Sequence record: OR253907.1
Source: Microbacterium phage Guetzie
Strand: one strand, 5' to 3'
Length of the DNA: 32,000 bases
In this document: positions 8,837 to 17,887 of the stretch, one piece after another
Layout of the letters: each line of letters begins with the position of its first letter
Numbering within the stretch: position 1 is the stretch's first letter
Translations under genes and position numbers: made by a program
Notes under the pieces: model-generated
Database searches by the model: none
Told to the model about the DNA's origin: nothing
Seen by the model: only the letters and a program-made list of their open reading frames with translations

Positions 8837-10966
8837 ATGGGACACCGAGTCACGCTCTGGCACGCGAACCGCACCGTCCGCACCGAAGGTGTCCTGGACA
8901 GGTACGGCGACATGATTGACGATGTCTTCCTGGTGGCCTACGAGCTGCGCACCACGGGCTTCGTCAACCTGAACATTCAGAACACGGTGGAAGCCGTCCG
9001 GGCCAAGTGGCCGAACATCCGCTGGTGGATCACGATCCAGTGCTTCAGCTCTGCTGCCTGGAAGGCACTGTCCACCGACGCCACGTTCCGGGCCGAGACC
9101 CTGGCCCAGATGGAGGCCATCTACGCGGCCTACCCTTGGGTCTACGGCATCGACCTGGACGCCGAGGGCTTCGGCAGCAACGTGACCACGGCCGAGGCTA
9201 TGGCAGGCTACCGAGTGCTCGGGGACCACGCTCGCACCTTCGGGAAGAAGGTCTGCGCTGCGCTGCCTGCTGCCACCGAGGGCAACTTCAGCGTCGGTGG
9301 CGAGAACTGGCTGGACTACGAGTTGTTCGGCGCGTACTTTGACCATGTGGCCATCATGACCTACGACTTCGCCTGGTCGGGGTCGGCACCTGGCCCGATC
9401 GCCCCCCGCTTCTGGATCCAGAACGTCTACGACTGGACGGTGTCGGTTATCCCGCCCGAGAAGGTGCTCATGGGGGTGCCTGCCTACGGGCAGAACTGGC
9501 AGATCAACGAGCCGGTGGAAGACCTGCCTGGCTATCCGGGCTGGCCGTACCGGGGCAACTCCGGAGCGTACTATTGGTTCTGGTACATGGCGACCGGCGA
9601 GTGGGGCAGCCGGTCAGGCGACAGCGACCCTGTCTGGCAGCAGACGCGGGCCTCGTGGATGGTGTACCGAGACATCGAAACGAACAGCCCCTTCACCCTT
9701 ATCGGCTGCTACTGGTGGGCCACGGCTGCCCACGTGACAGGCAGCAGCGGCATGGAGCGGAACTCGTATAACGGCAAGCCCTACCTCACGCGCTACGGCC
9801 GAGCAGCAGCCCCGACCGTGGGCGAGCTGGCTGACCAGCGCGCGACGACCCAGTACATGGAGCACCAGGTTCGGCCGATGCAGGTCGTGGACTCGAACGG
9901 CGAGTGGCACAACCAGGACGTCCACAACCTGACGCTCGAGGTCCTGCAGCGCGACCCCCAGTCCGCCACGATCATGGACGACGACTGCGCGAACACCGGA
10001 GCTCTCGACATCTACTACACTCGCACCGGGGCAGCTTGGTCGCACTGGCGGCAGGGCGACCCCGTCATGAACCCCCGGACGTATGGTCAGTATCGTGTGG
10101 CTGGGGCTGGCAGGCTGTCGCTGACGGCCTTGGACGGCGGAGGGGAGCACCACGTACAGGGTCGCCTCCAGCTTCCGGCAGCGGGCCGAGCAGGCGTCTT
10201 CCACGGATCCTTCGAGGCCACGGTCGACCAGGCTGGCACCGTGCGCCTCAGCCGGAACGGAACTGTCCTGGCCACATACAACGGCAGCGCTCCGGGCACC
10301 AGCACCGTCCCCGGCCAGGGCCAGGCGGTCCTCGGGCTGCGGGTCCGGGGGAACCGCGCTCGGGTCTACTACTCGCGCACCGAGAACAGCGTGCCCCTCC
10401 GCATTGACTACACCGACCCCAGCTACACTCCGGGGCCGAGCGGCATGGTGTCGCTGAGCGGGGCAGCTTGGTTCGATCACGTTCGCTGGGGCGACGCCTG
10501 GTGGTATAACCCTCGCGAAGCCGTGGACGTGCAGATCGGCAGCTTCACGTTCCCCAACGTGGGGCGCGTGCCCCGCACGAATGTCACCTGGGACGGCTTC
10601 AACCGCTTCCGCCCGAACACCGACGTGGAAGAGCGTGCGACCCGCACGAAGAGCATCTCGTCCGACTGGGAGTACATCCATCTCAAGGGTGTCGGCATCC
10701 CTGCTGGGCAGACGCGCCAGGTGCGCATCATCCCGCGTGACATCGACTGCTGGATCGCGACTGCTTACTTGTGCGACCCCAAGGGCACCAGCCTGTCGCA
10801 CTACTCCGACGCCGAATACATGGCCTACAGCCGTGACCTCGCCGACTCCGAATGGGGCTTGGCTGGCATCGCGGTCTGGCGGCTGGGGCAGGAGGACACA
10901 AGGTTCTGGGAACGAGTGAAAGGTGGAAGGCTCGACCCTGATAACAGGATAGACATCCTGGCATAA
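8837..10966 (+). CDS. Tail-associated protein with glycoside hydrolase family 18-like catalytic domain
   Basis: 709 aa; YGIDLDAEG retains the DxDxE catalytic signature; VAIMTYDF and EKVLMGVPAYGQNW are GH18-like strands. Confidence 0.85.
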   Translation: MGHRVTLWHANRTVRTEGVLDRYGDMIDDVFLVAYELRTTGFVNLNIQNTVEAVRAKWPNIRWWITIQCFSSAAWKALSTDATFRAETLAQMEAIYAAYPWVYGIDLDAEGFGSNVTTAEAMAGYRVLGDHARTFGKKVCAALPAATEGNFSVGGENWLDYELFGAYFDHVAIMTYDFAWSGSAPGPIAPRFWIQNVYDWTVSVIPPEKVLMGVPAYGQNWQINEPVEDLPGYPGWPYRGNSGAYYWFWYMATGEWGSRSGDSDPVWQQTRASWMVYRDIETNSPFTLIGCYWWATAAHVTGSSGMERNSYNGKPYLTRYGRAAAPTVGELADQRATTQYMEHQVRPMQVVDSNGEWHNQDVHNLTLEVLQRDPQSATIMDDDCANTGALDIYYTRTGAAWSHWRQGDPVMNPRTYGQYRVAGAGRLSLTALDGGGEHHVQGRLQLPAAGRAGVFHGSFEATVDQAGTVRLSRNGTVLATYNGSAPGTSTVPGQGQAVLGLRVRGNRARVYYSRTENSVPLRIDYTDPSYTPGPSGMVSLSGAAWFDHVRWGDAWWYNPREAVDVQIGSFTFPNVGRVPRTNVTWDGFNRFRPNTDVEERATRTKSISSDWEYIHLKGVGIPAGQTRQVRIIPRDIDCWIATAYLCDPKGTSLSHYSDAEYMAYSRDLADSEWGLAGIAVWRLGQEDTRFWERVKGGRLDPDNRIDILA

Positions 10967-10996
10967 CATTCCACCGAAATGAAGGAGACGAACAAC

Positions 10997-11989
10997 ATGG
11001 TATTCTCACCTCTCACGGCTCGCACCGTGGCACACCACGGGAAGCACCGGGGCAGCGACCCCAAGAAGACCCGCATCATCGTTCACCACTGGGCAGGCAC
11101 GTCCGGCGGCGACACCGCGCTGATGAAGCCCAAGGGGCAGAACAGCCGGGGCGATGTGTCGGCCTCGTACATCCTCTACAACGACGGCACGCTCGTCGGC
11201 CAGGTGCCGGAGGAGCTGTCCCCCTGGACGACTGGCTCAGCCGACTGGGGTTCCGTCACGGTGGAGACCCAGAACAAGCGGGGCGCTCCCAACTGGGACA
11301 TCGACTCCCGTGCGAAGGAGAAGCTGGCTCAGCTCATGGCGGACCTCAGCGACCGCTACGGCTGGGGCGAGCTGCGCCTTGGCACGAACGTCCGGATGCA
11401 CCGGGAGTTCAACGCGACGGCCTGCCCTGGCCCGGACATGGTCGCCAGCCTGCCCAGCATCGTCGCACGGGCGAACCAGCTCCGCAAGGGGGGCGGGGGC
11501 AGCACGCCGACGCCTGGTGGCACGTACACCGTCGCCAAGGGCGACACCCTGAGCGGCATCGCGGGCAAGTACGGCACGACCTGGCAGGAGCTCCAGAAGC
11601 TCAATGGCCTGGCCGACCCGAACAAGATCTTCCCCGGCCAGAAGATCAAGGTGCCCTCGGGAGGCGGCAGCACCCCGACCAAGCCCAGCCAGTCCCTCGC
11701 TGATGTGGCCAAGGCGGTCATCCGGGGCGACTACGGCAACGGCAGCACGCGGGTCGCGAAGCTGCGTGCTGCTGGCTACGACCCGGCCGAAGTGCAGGCC
11801 GAGGTGAACCGCCAGCTCTACGGGGGCGGCAGCAAGACTCCTGTCGCGTCCAACGTGGATGCGGTCGCGCGGCAGGTGATCCGGGGCGACTGGGGCAACG
11901 ACCCGGAGCGCAAGAAGCGGCTCACGGCTGCGGGGTACGACTACTCCGCCGTCCAGCGTCGTGTGAACGAAATCCTCGCAGGAAAGTAA
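10997..11989 (+). CDS. Endolysin: N-acetylmuramoyl-L-alanine amidase (PGRP/Amidase_2-like) + LysM + two CW_7-like repeats
   Basis: [16 protein letters not shown] amidase region; [44 protein letters not shown] LysM; two copies of AxxVIRGDxGNxxxRxxxLxAAGYDxxxVQxxVN. ATG 10997 is preceded by AAGGAG at optimal spacing; track start 10979 is an alternative. Confidence 0.93.
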   Translation: MVFSPLTARTVAHHGKHRGSDPKKTRIIVHHWAGTSGGDTALMKPKGQNSRGDVSASYILYNDGTLVGQVPEELSPWTTGSADWGSVTVETQNKRGAPNWDIDSRAKEKLAQLMADLSDRYGWGELRLGTNVRMHREFNATACPGPDMVASLPSIVARANQLRKGGGGSTPTPGGTYTVAKGDTLSGIAGKYGTTWQELQKLNGLADPNKIFPGQKIKVPSGGGSTPTKPSQSLADVAKAVIRGDYGNGSTRVAKLRAAGYDPAEVQAEVNRQLYGGGSKTPVASNVDAVARQVIRGDWGNDPERKKRLTAAGYDYSAVQRRVNEILAGK

Positions 11990-12008
11990 CTACCCCGGAA
12001 GGAGCCTC

Positions 12009-12422
12009 ATGCTGGAGGCTATCACTAGCATCCTTGGGGTGCTTACCCCCGTCTTCGTGGCAGCGACGACCGCCTATGGTGCCGTCCTGGTTGCCAAGAT
12101 CGGCAAGGTGCAGAAGGACGCCCGTGCCACGAATGAGAAGGTGACGAAGGTGCAGCAGGACATCGTCACTAATCATGGGAGTAAGAACCTCGGGGATGCT
12201 ATTGACCGACTGACAACCAAGGTCGGGGTCATCAGTGACAATCAGGATGACCTCATCCAGACGGTCAAGGGAATGCAGGCACGGGATGAATCCCTGGAGG
12301 CCCGAATGGCTTCCATGGAACATTCCAGGGTTCGGGTCTATAAGCACGTCGGCCTGACCCCCAGCACTGGGCCTATTCATATCCCGAAATCATCTCTGTT
12401 CAAAAGGAAAAGGAGAAAGTAA
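12009..12422 (+). CDS. Membrane-associated lysis-cassette protein (N-terminal TM plus coiled coil)
   Basis: 137 aa; N-terminal hydrophobic segment ILGVLTPVFVAATTAYGAVLVA then coiled-coil-like region; between endolysin and holin candidate. Confidence 0.65.
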   Translation: MLEAITSILGVLTPVFVAATTAYGAVLVAKIGKVQKDARATNEKVTKVQQDIVTNHGSKNLGDAIDRLTTKVGVISDNQDDLIQTVKGMQARDESLEARMASMEHSRVRVYKHVGLTPSTGPIHIPKSSLFKRKRRK

Positions 12423-12715
12423 TGGATACCATCGCAACCCTCGCCACGGTTCCGGCCGTGATCGCCCTGGTCACCCTCTTCAAGGACCTGGGGCTGCCCC
12501 CCAAGCTGTCGCCGCTGCTGGCGGTCGTGCTCGGTGTGGCCCTGTCGGTCCTGGCTGCGCTGTCGCTGGGCACCGTGGCCAACTGGTACGAGACGGTCAG
12601 CCTGGGCGTCATCCTCGGCCTGAGCGCTGCGGGCCTCTACGACGGGGCGCGTGCTGTCGGTGGCAGCAAGGCCGATGTCGTGGTCGTGCAGGAAGACCCC
12701 AGCACGAAGCCCTGA
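12422..12715 (+). CDS. Holin candidate
   Basis: 97 aa with TM-like segments (LLAVVLGVALSVLAALSLG; VSLGVILGLSAAGLY) directly downstream of the endolysin operon; strong AAAAGGAG RBS. Confidence 0.7.
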   Translation: MDTIATLATVPAVIALVTLFKDLGLPPKLSPLLAVVLGVALSVLAALSLGTVANWYETVSLGVILGLSAAGLYDGARAVGGSKADVVVVQEDPSTKP

Positions 12716-12728
12716 CGCCTTCACACAC

Positions 12729-12766
12729 AAGAGCCGCCCCCGGCCACATAGCTAGGGGCGGCTCTT
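12729..12766. terminator. Bidirectional intrinsic terminator between convergent operons
   Basis: AAGAGCCGCCCC (12729-12740) / GGGGCGGCTCTT (12755-12766): perfect 12-bp stem, 14-nt loop. Confidence 0.9.
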
Positions 12767-12775
12767 GCCGTGCTG

Positions 12776-12958
12776 CTAGAGCACCGGGAACCGCTGGCTG
12801 AGCTGCACCACGGCGACCCCCAGGTCGGTCTCCAGGCGACCGCGCTGGCCGTCTACGCGGCGGATGCGGATGACCCGTGCCTGGTTGCCCTCCGGGTCGA
12901 TGATGACGTCGTTGTGCTGGAGGTCCTCTGCCTTGACCTGCTTCGCTGCCTTGTCCAT
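12776..12958 (-). CDS. Hypothetical small protein
   Basis: AAGGAGAACACA-ATG places the start at 12958 rather than 12973. Confidence 0.6.
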   Translation of the reverse strand: MDKAAKQVKAEDLQHNDVIIDPEGNQARVIRIRRVDGQRGRLETDLGVAVVQLSQRFPVL

Positions 12959-12969
12959 TGTGTTCTCCT

Positions 12970-13164
12970 TCACTTGCTGGCGTAGTAGGCGCGGAAGGTG
13001 TCCGCGACCTGGGGTCGGTTGATCTTCATCTCGAGGGCGTCGATCAGGAAGTTGACGTCGCCGCCTTCAACCAGCGCGTCAACCAGGTCGCTGAGTGCAT
13101 CCTGGTATCCCGCCTGGTAGGCGCGAGCCTGAGTGTGAACGTTGAGGTTTACCTTGTGTGCCAT
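12970..13164 (-). CDS. Hypothetical 64-aa protein, predicted leaderless
   Basis: ORF with ATG exactly 6 nt after a TAAGCT -10 candidate. Confidence 0.6.
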   Translation of the reverse strand: MAHKVNLNVHTQARAYQAGYQDALSDLVDALVEGGDVNFLIDALEMKINRPQVADTFRAYYASK

Positions 13165-13170
13165 GTGATC

Positions 13171-13200
13171 AGCTTACCCTCAACTTCTCAGTTGATCCAA
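13171..13200 (-). promoter_or_regulatory. Promoter candidate (TTGGAT-N18-TAAGCT), leaderless output predicted
   Basis: -35 13195-13200, -10 13171-13176, ATG at 13164. Confidence 0.6.
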
Positions 13201-14087
13201 GAACCCTTGGTCGGGCGGCTGCCGAAGGCGAACGCGGCGTCGTCCTGGCTGGGCTCCAGTGTGGCCGTGAACGTGATGCGGCGACCCTTGACTCCGGGGT
13301 AGGTGCCGTCCTCGGTGCCGAGGAACCAGCACTCGGGGCCGAAGTCGTACAGGCTGGCACCGTTGGTCTCGACCTGCTCAGCGAAGGTGTCGAACGCCTG
13401 GTCGCCCTGGGCCTTGGGGATGGACACGTAGACGCGGAAGCCCTGGTCGTCCTGGATGGTGATCTTGCGCTGCGTGCCGTAGTCGCTCTCGCGAACCTTG
13501 GCCGACAGGATGGTGCCGGTGACCACCACTCGACCAGCCGGGGCGGGGTGCTGCTGGGCCTCGGCTGCGGCTGCCTCGCGCTTGGCTGCGATGTCCTGCA
13601 GGGCGGTGAGCATCTTCTCGGTGTACTGGAACTCGTCCAGGTGCCAGAGCTTGTCGGCCATCTTGGCGACGAAGCTGCTGCGCTCGGTGTAGGTGTACTC
13701 GCCGCCCTCGGCGACCTGCACGTTGGCAGCCTTGCTGAGCATCGCCCAGACAGCGGGCTGCTCGGCTGCCAGGGTGTCCCACGCGGCCTGACGCTTGGCC
13801 AGCTTGGCGAGGCGCTGCTGCTCGCGCTTGGCCTCTCGGCGGTCGCGGCGACGGGCCTTGCCCTCGCACCACTTCTTAGCCTCGGCCTCGTTGGGGAAGT
13901 GGTCCCCGAGGCGACCCTCGGCTACGTTGTGGCAGGCGTAGCAGATGCTGTCGAAGCCGTTGAACGAGTAGTGGCCCGTTCCGCCGCATCGGTGGCAGCC
14001 CTTGAAGAACTCGCCGTTGGCCTCAACGTAGAAGAAGCCAGCGTGCTCGTGAGTGGTGACGTGGAACTGAGGGGCGGTGATGTTCAT
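13188..14087 (-). CDS. Zinc-ribbon protein with C-terminal OB-like nucleic-acid-binding region
   Basis: CHRCGGTGHYSFNGFDSICYACH zinc ribbon; start chosen at ATG 14087, 6 nt after -10-like CATACT (track start 14105 is a GTG upstream). Confidence 0.7.
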   Translation of the reverse strand: MNITAPQFHVTTHEHAGFFYVEANGEFFKGCHRCGGTGHYSFNGFDSICYACHNVAEGRLGDHFPNEAEAKKWCEGKARRRDRREAKREQQRLAKLAKRQAAWDTLAAEQPAVWAMLSKAANVQVAEGGEYTYTERSSFVAKMADKLWHLDEFQYTEKMLTALQDIAAKREAAAAEAQQHPAPAGRVVVTGTILSAKVRESDYGTQRKITIQDDQGFRVYVSIPKAQGDQAFDTFAEQVETNGASLYDFGPECWFLGTEDGTYPGVKGRRITFTATLEPSQDDAAFAFGSRPTKGSWIN

Positions 14088-14093
14088 GTGACC

Positions 14094-14122
14094 AGTATGG
14101 CACACGAAGTGAGGATGTCCTA
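14094..14122 (-). promoter_or_regulatory. Promoter candidate (TAGGAC-N17-CATACT), leaderless output predicted
   Basis: -35 14117-14122, -10 14094-14099, ATG at 14087. Confidence 0.5.
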
Positions 14123-14392
14123 GAACCCTCTGCCGAGGATCTCAAAGAAGAACACCAGCCCGTAGAGGCTGGCCTTGACCGCGTCGTCGCCGTAGATGCC
14201 CCACCAGATCAGGAAGCACACTGCGATGACCACCAGGGCCACGGCCACAAGGATGGGGATCCACACCAGCACGGCCAGCAGCTTGTCCCAGAGCGTGGGC
14301 TGGGGGCCACGGAGCTCCTCCAGCTCGGCCTCGGTGAAGCTGATCAGGTCGTCGAAGCTGGTTACGGGGCGGGGGTCGATTTCGGTCTTCAT
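14120..14392 (-). CDS. Membrane protein
   Basis: 90 aa with long hydrophobic segment LAVLVWIPILVAVALVVIAVCFLIWWGIY; AGGAGG RBS upstream. Confidence 0.7.
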   Translation of the reverse strand: MKTEIDPRPVTSFDDLISFTEAELEELRGPQPTLWDKLLAVLVWIPILVAVALVVIAVCFLIWWGIYGDDAVKASLYGLVFFFEILGRGF

Positions 14393-16056
14393 GATTCCTC
14401 CTGGGGTGTCTCCTTGATAACCTTGAGCGCCTTGTTCAAGTAATGCTGATTGTACCCCATCTTCGTCTGGACCGCAAGACGGAGGAAGTCAGGGAACTCT
14501 TCTTCGGGGCTTGCCAGCGACAGGATGAAGTCGGCCCAGCCGTGCAGCGCGGTCGACCCCAGGATGGTCTCCTGCACGGTCTCGCCCTTCTCGAACTGGC
14601 GCTTGCGAGTGTGGTGGATGAACATGATCGCGCACCCCGTTGTCTGGGCGATGCGCTTCAGCGGCTTCAGGATGCTGTACATATCCTTCGAGTCGCTGAC
14701 GTTGGCCTTGCCGATGGCCATGCTGAGAGTGTCAATGACCACCAGCCGAAGCTCGTACTTGAGGATCGTCTCCAGGAGGCGCTGCTGGTCTTCAGGCGTG
14801 CTGAGGTCGGCCTCGCTGAACATGGTGTACAGGGACATCGGCTGGGGCGGCTCCCAGGACATGTCGGGCTTGATGTGGCCGTCCCAGTGATACTTGAAGC
14901 GACCCCTGTCCCGGTTCAGGGTGGAGTTCAGCCGGGTCGCGAACAGGTAGTCGCCGTCCTCCAGGGACAGGAAGCCCACGGGCTGCGGCTTCCGCGTGCT
15001 GACCCCGAGGGGCTGCGTCGCCGTGGCAAGGCCGAGCGTCATCTCGATTGCGATGCGGGTCTTGCCGACCTTGGGCGCTGCCACCAGCAGCCCACAACCA
15101 CCAGCCGGGATGAAGTTAGGCAGGACCCAGTCCATCGGGGTCTTGATCGTAGGCCCGAAGCTGCCCACGGTGCCCATCTCCCAGGGGCCAACCTCCTCCG
15201 CCAGATCGCCGTCTGCGTCGGCGTGGGCCGACTGGGCGTCGGCGCTGGTGGTAGGGGTCGGGGCGTCTGCGGGCTGGGCTGCGTACGCCTTGCCTACGTC
15301 TTCCCGCAAGCGGTCGTCTTCCCCCTTGAACTTGTTCCACTTCGTCGCCCGAAGCAGCTTGAACGCCAGCTCCAGGGGCAGGCCCAGCTCAGCCGCGTTC
15401 CGGGAGACCTTCCAGATGACCTTGCTGCGGTCGCCGAAGGGGTCGTCAGCACCCAGCTCGGAAGCCAGTCCGGGGCTGAAGCCGAGGCCCTTGGCCACAC
15501 GAGTGAGAAGCTGCCCCCGAGTGTAGACCCGTCCGCTGCTGGCCAGCACGCGCCCCTGGAAGGGCTTGCGCTTGTGATGCCAGGTGCCGGGGACACGAAG
15601 AAGCTGCCCGATGTCTACGCCGGACTTGTCACCGCCGAGCGCCTGCGTCAGCATGCCCATCAGGCCGTCGCGGTGATACTCGCTGGCAGGGATGCTCTCG
15701 CGCATCAGCCAAATCGCTTGCTTGTGGCCGGGGCTTGTCTCCCAGACGTACGACGGCCGGAGGGCGGTGAGCAGCTCATCGTTGAACGACTCGTCGCAGT
15801 CCACCCAGAGCGCACGCTGGGCGGGGTATTCCTTGGCCCGACGGCTGTCGCTGCTGCTGACTGCTGGTGTCCAGTACCAGTCAACCGAATCGCGGAGCTC
15901 GGGGAGCTGGGGCTTGCGGGAGGTCAGGGCAGGACCTTCCCGAAACTTCTGGTTGTCTTTGGAGCCGATGTTCACGATGTGAGGCACCCAGACATTACCT
16001 TCAATGCCTGAGTGCCCCCACACCTTGCGGATCAGCTCGAGAGGGTTGATATCCAC
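14389..16056 (-). CDS. Primase/replicative helicase-like ATPase (RepB/prim-pol-like N-terminus, RepA/AAA_25-like C-terminus)
   Basis: SPGHKQAIWLM...GVDIGQLLRVPGTWHHKR; Walker A AAPKVGKTR; Walker B LRLVVIDTLS; IMFIHHTRK sensor motif. Confidence 0.8.
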   Translation of the reverse strand: MDINPLELIRKVWGHSGIEGNVWVPHIVNIGSKDNQKFREGPALTSRKPQLPELRDSVDWYWTPAVSSSDSRRAKEYPAQRALWVDCDESFNDELLTALRPSYVWETSPGHKQAIWLMRESIPASEYHRDGLMGMLTQALGGDKSGVDIGQLLRVPGTWHHKRKPFQGRVLASSGRVYTRGQLLTRVAKGLGFSPGLASELGADDPFGDRSKVIWKVSRNAAELGLPLELAFKLLRATKWNKFKGEDDRLREDVGKAYAAQPADAPTPTTSADAQSAHADADGDLAEEVGPWEMGTVGSFGPTIKTPMDWVLPNFIPAGGCGLLVAAPKVGKTRIAIEMTLGLATATQPLGVSTRKPQPVGFLSLEDGDYLFATRLNSTLNRDRGRFKYHWDGHIKPDMSWEPPQPMSLYTMFSEADLSTPEDQQRLLETILKYELRLVVIDTLSMAIGKANVSDSKDMYSILKPLKRIAQTTGCAIMFIHHTRKRQFEKGETVQETILGSTALHGWADFILSLASPEEEFPDFLRLAVQTKMGYNQHYLNKALKVIKETPQEES

Positions 16057-16325
16057 TCCACTACTTCCTGAGCCTTGGGGTCGTAGCTGACGAAGGTTAC
16101 CCCGCCAGCCTTGCGGAACTTCTTGAGGTTGTATAGCTGGGCCTCGGAGGGCTTCTCCTTGGCCGTGCGCTTGGCTTCAATGGCGAAGAACCTGCCGTGC
16201 GCACACCCGAGGACATCGGGGGTCCCCTTCTGCTGAAAGGAACCCCCGTGAGTCCGGATAGCGTACACCTCAGGAATGGAGTTCAGCCGCTTTAGCATGC
16301 TGCGTACGATACCGGCCTCGTCCAT
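16032..16325 (-). CDS. VRR-NUC-like endonuclease
   Basis: GSFQQKGTPDVLGCAHGRFFAIEAKRTAKEKPSEAQLYNLKKFRKAGG: G-x-PD...EAK nuclease core. Confidence 0.85.
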   Translation of the reverse strand: MDEAGIVRSMLKRLNSIPEVYAIRTHGGSFQQKGTPDVLGCAHGRFFAIEAKRTAKEKPSEAQLYNLKKFRKAGGVTFVSYDPKAQEVVEWISTLSS

Positions 16326-16328
16326 GGG

Positions 16329-17057
16329 TCAGCGACGCTTGACGGTGCGCTTGGCTGCGGGGGCTGCCTTGCGTGCAGGCGCGGCCTTGGCTGCGGGCTT
16401 CTTGGCAGAACGCTTCCGGGGAGCAGGCTCAGGCTCCTCCTCTTCTTCGTCCTCCTCGTCGTCCTCGTAGTCCTCGTCCTCGAGCTCTTCGTCGTCGAGG
16501 TCGTCTTCGTCGAGGTCGTCGTCTGCGTCCTCTTCGTACTCCTCGTCTTCGTCGTCCTCGTACTCTTCGTCGGAGTCGTCCTCGGCCTCAGCCTCGTCCT
16601 CGTACTCCTCCTCGTCGTACTCCTCGTCCTCGTCCGGCTCGCTGCCAGCGCTGTCGTCCTCGTCGAGGATGTCCAGGCCGTAGGTGCCGTTCACCGACGA
16701 GCGGAGGTTGCCCTGGTAGGTGTCGTCCTCGACCTCGGCGGCGATGAACTTGCCCACGGGGCCAGACGGGTCGATCATCTGCGCCTTCTTGGGGACCGAG
16801 ATGCCAGCAGCCACCAGCAGGTCGCGGAGCTTCCAGAGCTGGTTCTGCTGGAGCTTGCAGTAGAACGGGAAGCGACGGGTCTTGAGCTTGGGGTCGGCCG
16901 GAACCAGCGCGTACACGAGCATCGCCGTGCCGTCCTGCGCCTCGGTCTCCTGCACCGACTCCACCTTCATCTTGTGAAGGCCCTCGGTGATGTGCTTCGT
17001 GTTCCAGCCGGAACGCTCTTCGGTCTTGCTGAAGTCAAGACGAATCTTCTTTGCCAT
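16329..17057 (-). CDS. Putative DUF669-like replication/recombination-associated protein with acidic linker and basic tail
   Basis: N-terminal globular domain (MAKKIRLDFSKTEERSGWNTKHITEGLHKMKV...), then a long D/E/Y-rich tract, then RKRSAKKPAAKAAPARKAAPAAKRTVKRR. Confidence 0.65.
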   Translation of the reverse strand: MAKKIRLDFSKTEERSGWNTKHITEGLHKMKVESVQETEAQDGTAMLVYALVPADPKLKTRRFPFYCKLQQNQLWKLRDLLVAAGISVPKKAQMIDPSGPVGKFIAAEVEDDTYQGNLRSSVNGTYGLDILDEDDSAGSEPDEDEEYDEEEYEDEAEAEDDSDEEYEDDEDEEYEEDADDDLDEDDLDDEELEDEDYEDDEEDEEEEEPEPAPRKRSAKKPAAKAAPARKAAPAAKRTVKRR

Positions 17058-17084
17058 GATGTTTTCCTTTTCTGGTATTCTCGA

Positions 17085-17750
17085 CTAGCGGGTCCAGCCG
17101 AGAAGCTGGTTCAGTCGCGTGATGCTGGGCGACTTGAGATACGGGGGGTTCCCCTGATACACCTTACTACGTGCCCCGGCCACAATGCTTGACGAGGGGC
17201 CAAGCCAGAGCCGACGGACAGGCTTGCCGTTCACGTGGGCGATGTACAGGCGACCGATGACGTCGGACATCTGCAGGAGCGCGCTGGCTGCACCAGGGGA
17301 GAGGTCCACGGTCGTCATGACCCCGGTGTCCTCGTCCACGTCGTCGCTGCCCCAGTCCTCGTTCGGGAGGATGAGCTTCTCCTGCGCCAGCACGACGACT
17401 TCCTTCTTCTCGTCACGCAAGGTGCGAAGCAGCAGCGCGAGGCCGTTGTTCGCTGCCCCGTAGTGTGCCTGGCTGGCAGCCTTGCCCCCAGCGGCCTCGG
17501 CGAGCATGATGCTGTGAAGCGATGTGGCCGTGTCCACGACGAACCGCTCGTGCTTGGAGAGCCAAGTGCTGTTCACCAGCTTGTTCAGGTTCTTCGTGCT
17601 GAGGTCCTCGTCCACGGTGAAGCCCGTGGTGTCGATGCCGATAAGACCCTGGTCGGCGCTGAGGATCGCCGTCTTGCCCTTCTTGGCATCCTTGAGGGCG
17701 AGCGTGGTCTTGCCCACCTTGGGCCGACCGTAGATCGTGTAGATGCTCAT
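17085..17750 (-). CDS. RecA/Sak4-like AAA ATPase
   Basis: MSIYTIYGRPKVGKTTLALKDAKKGKTAILSADQG; Walker A GRPKVGKTT. Internal ATG 17750 is the likely start; the first 62 codons of the track ORF overlap another small ORF. Confidence 0.85.
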   Translation of the reverse strand: MSIYTIYGRPKVGKTTLALKDAKKGKTAILSADQGLIGIDTTGFTVDEDLSTKNLNKLVNSTWLSKHERFVVDTATSLHSIMLAEAAGGKAASQAHYGAANNGLALLLRTLRDEKKEVVVLAQEKLILPNEDWGSDDVDEDTGVMTTVDLSPGAASALLQMSDVIGRLYIAHVNGKPVRRLWLGPSSSIVAGARSKVYQGNPPYLKSPSITRLNQLLGWTR

Positions 17751-17887
17751 GCTGCCAGCCCCTCCTCTCGGGCCATGTGCCACCACGTGATGGAGAGCGG
17801 ACCTACCTCGGGGGCCAGCGTAACGACGCACGCTTCGCCCTTGCCTGCCCCACAATAGGAGCACTCGTTGTCGTGAGGCTTCTTCAC
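17747..17887 (-). CDS. 46-aa Cys-rich (zinc-finger-like) protein, not in the supplied ORF track
   Basis: Translated: (V/M)KKPHDNECSYCGAGKGEACVVTLAPEVGPLSITWWHMAREEGLAA*. GTG overlaps upstream stop (GTGA) and its TGA overlaps the next ATG (ATGA). Confidence 0.8.
   Translation of the reverse strand: MKKPHDNECSYCGAGKGEACVVTLAPEVGPLSITWWHMAREEGLAA

Noticed and set aside
9614-10969. 451-aa antisense ORF
   Set aside because: Opposite the GH18-like gene; composition is typical of a frame shadow.
16373-16747. Arg/Pro-rich plus-strand ORF
   Set aside because: Artefact of the repetitive acidic tract encoded on the minus strand.
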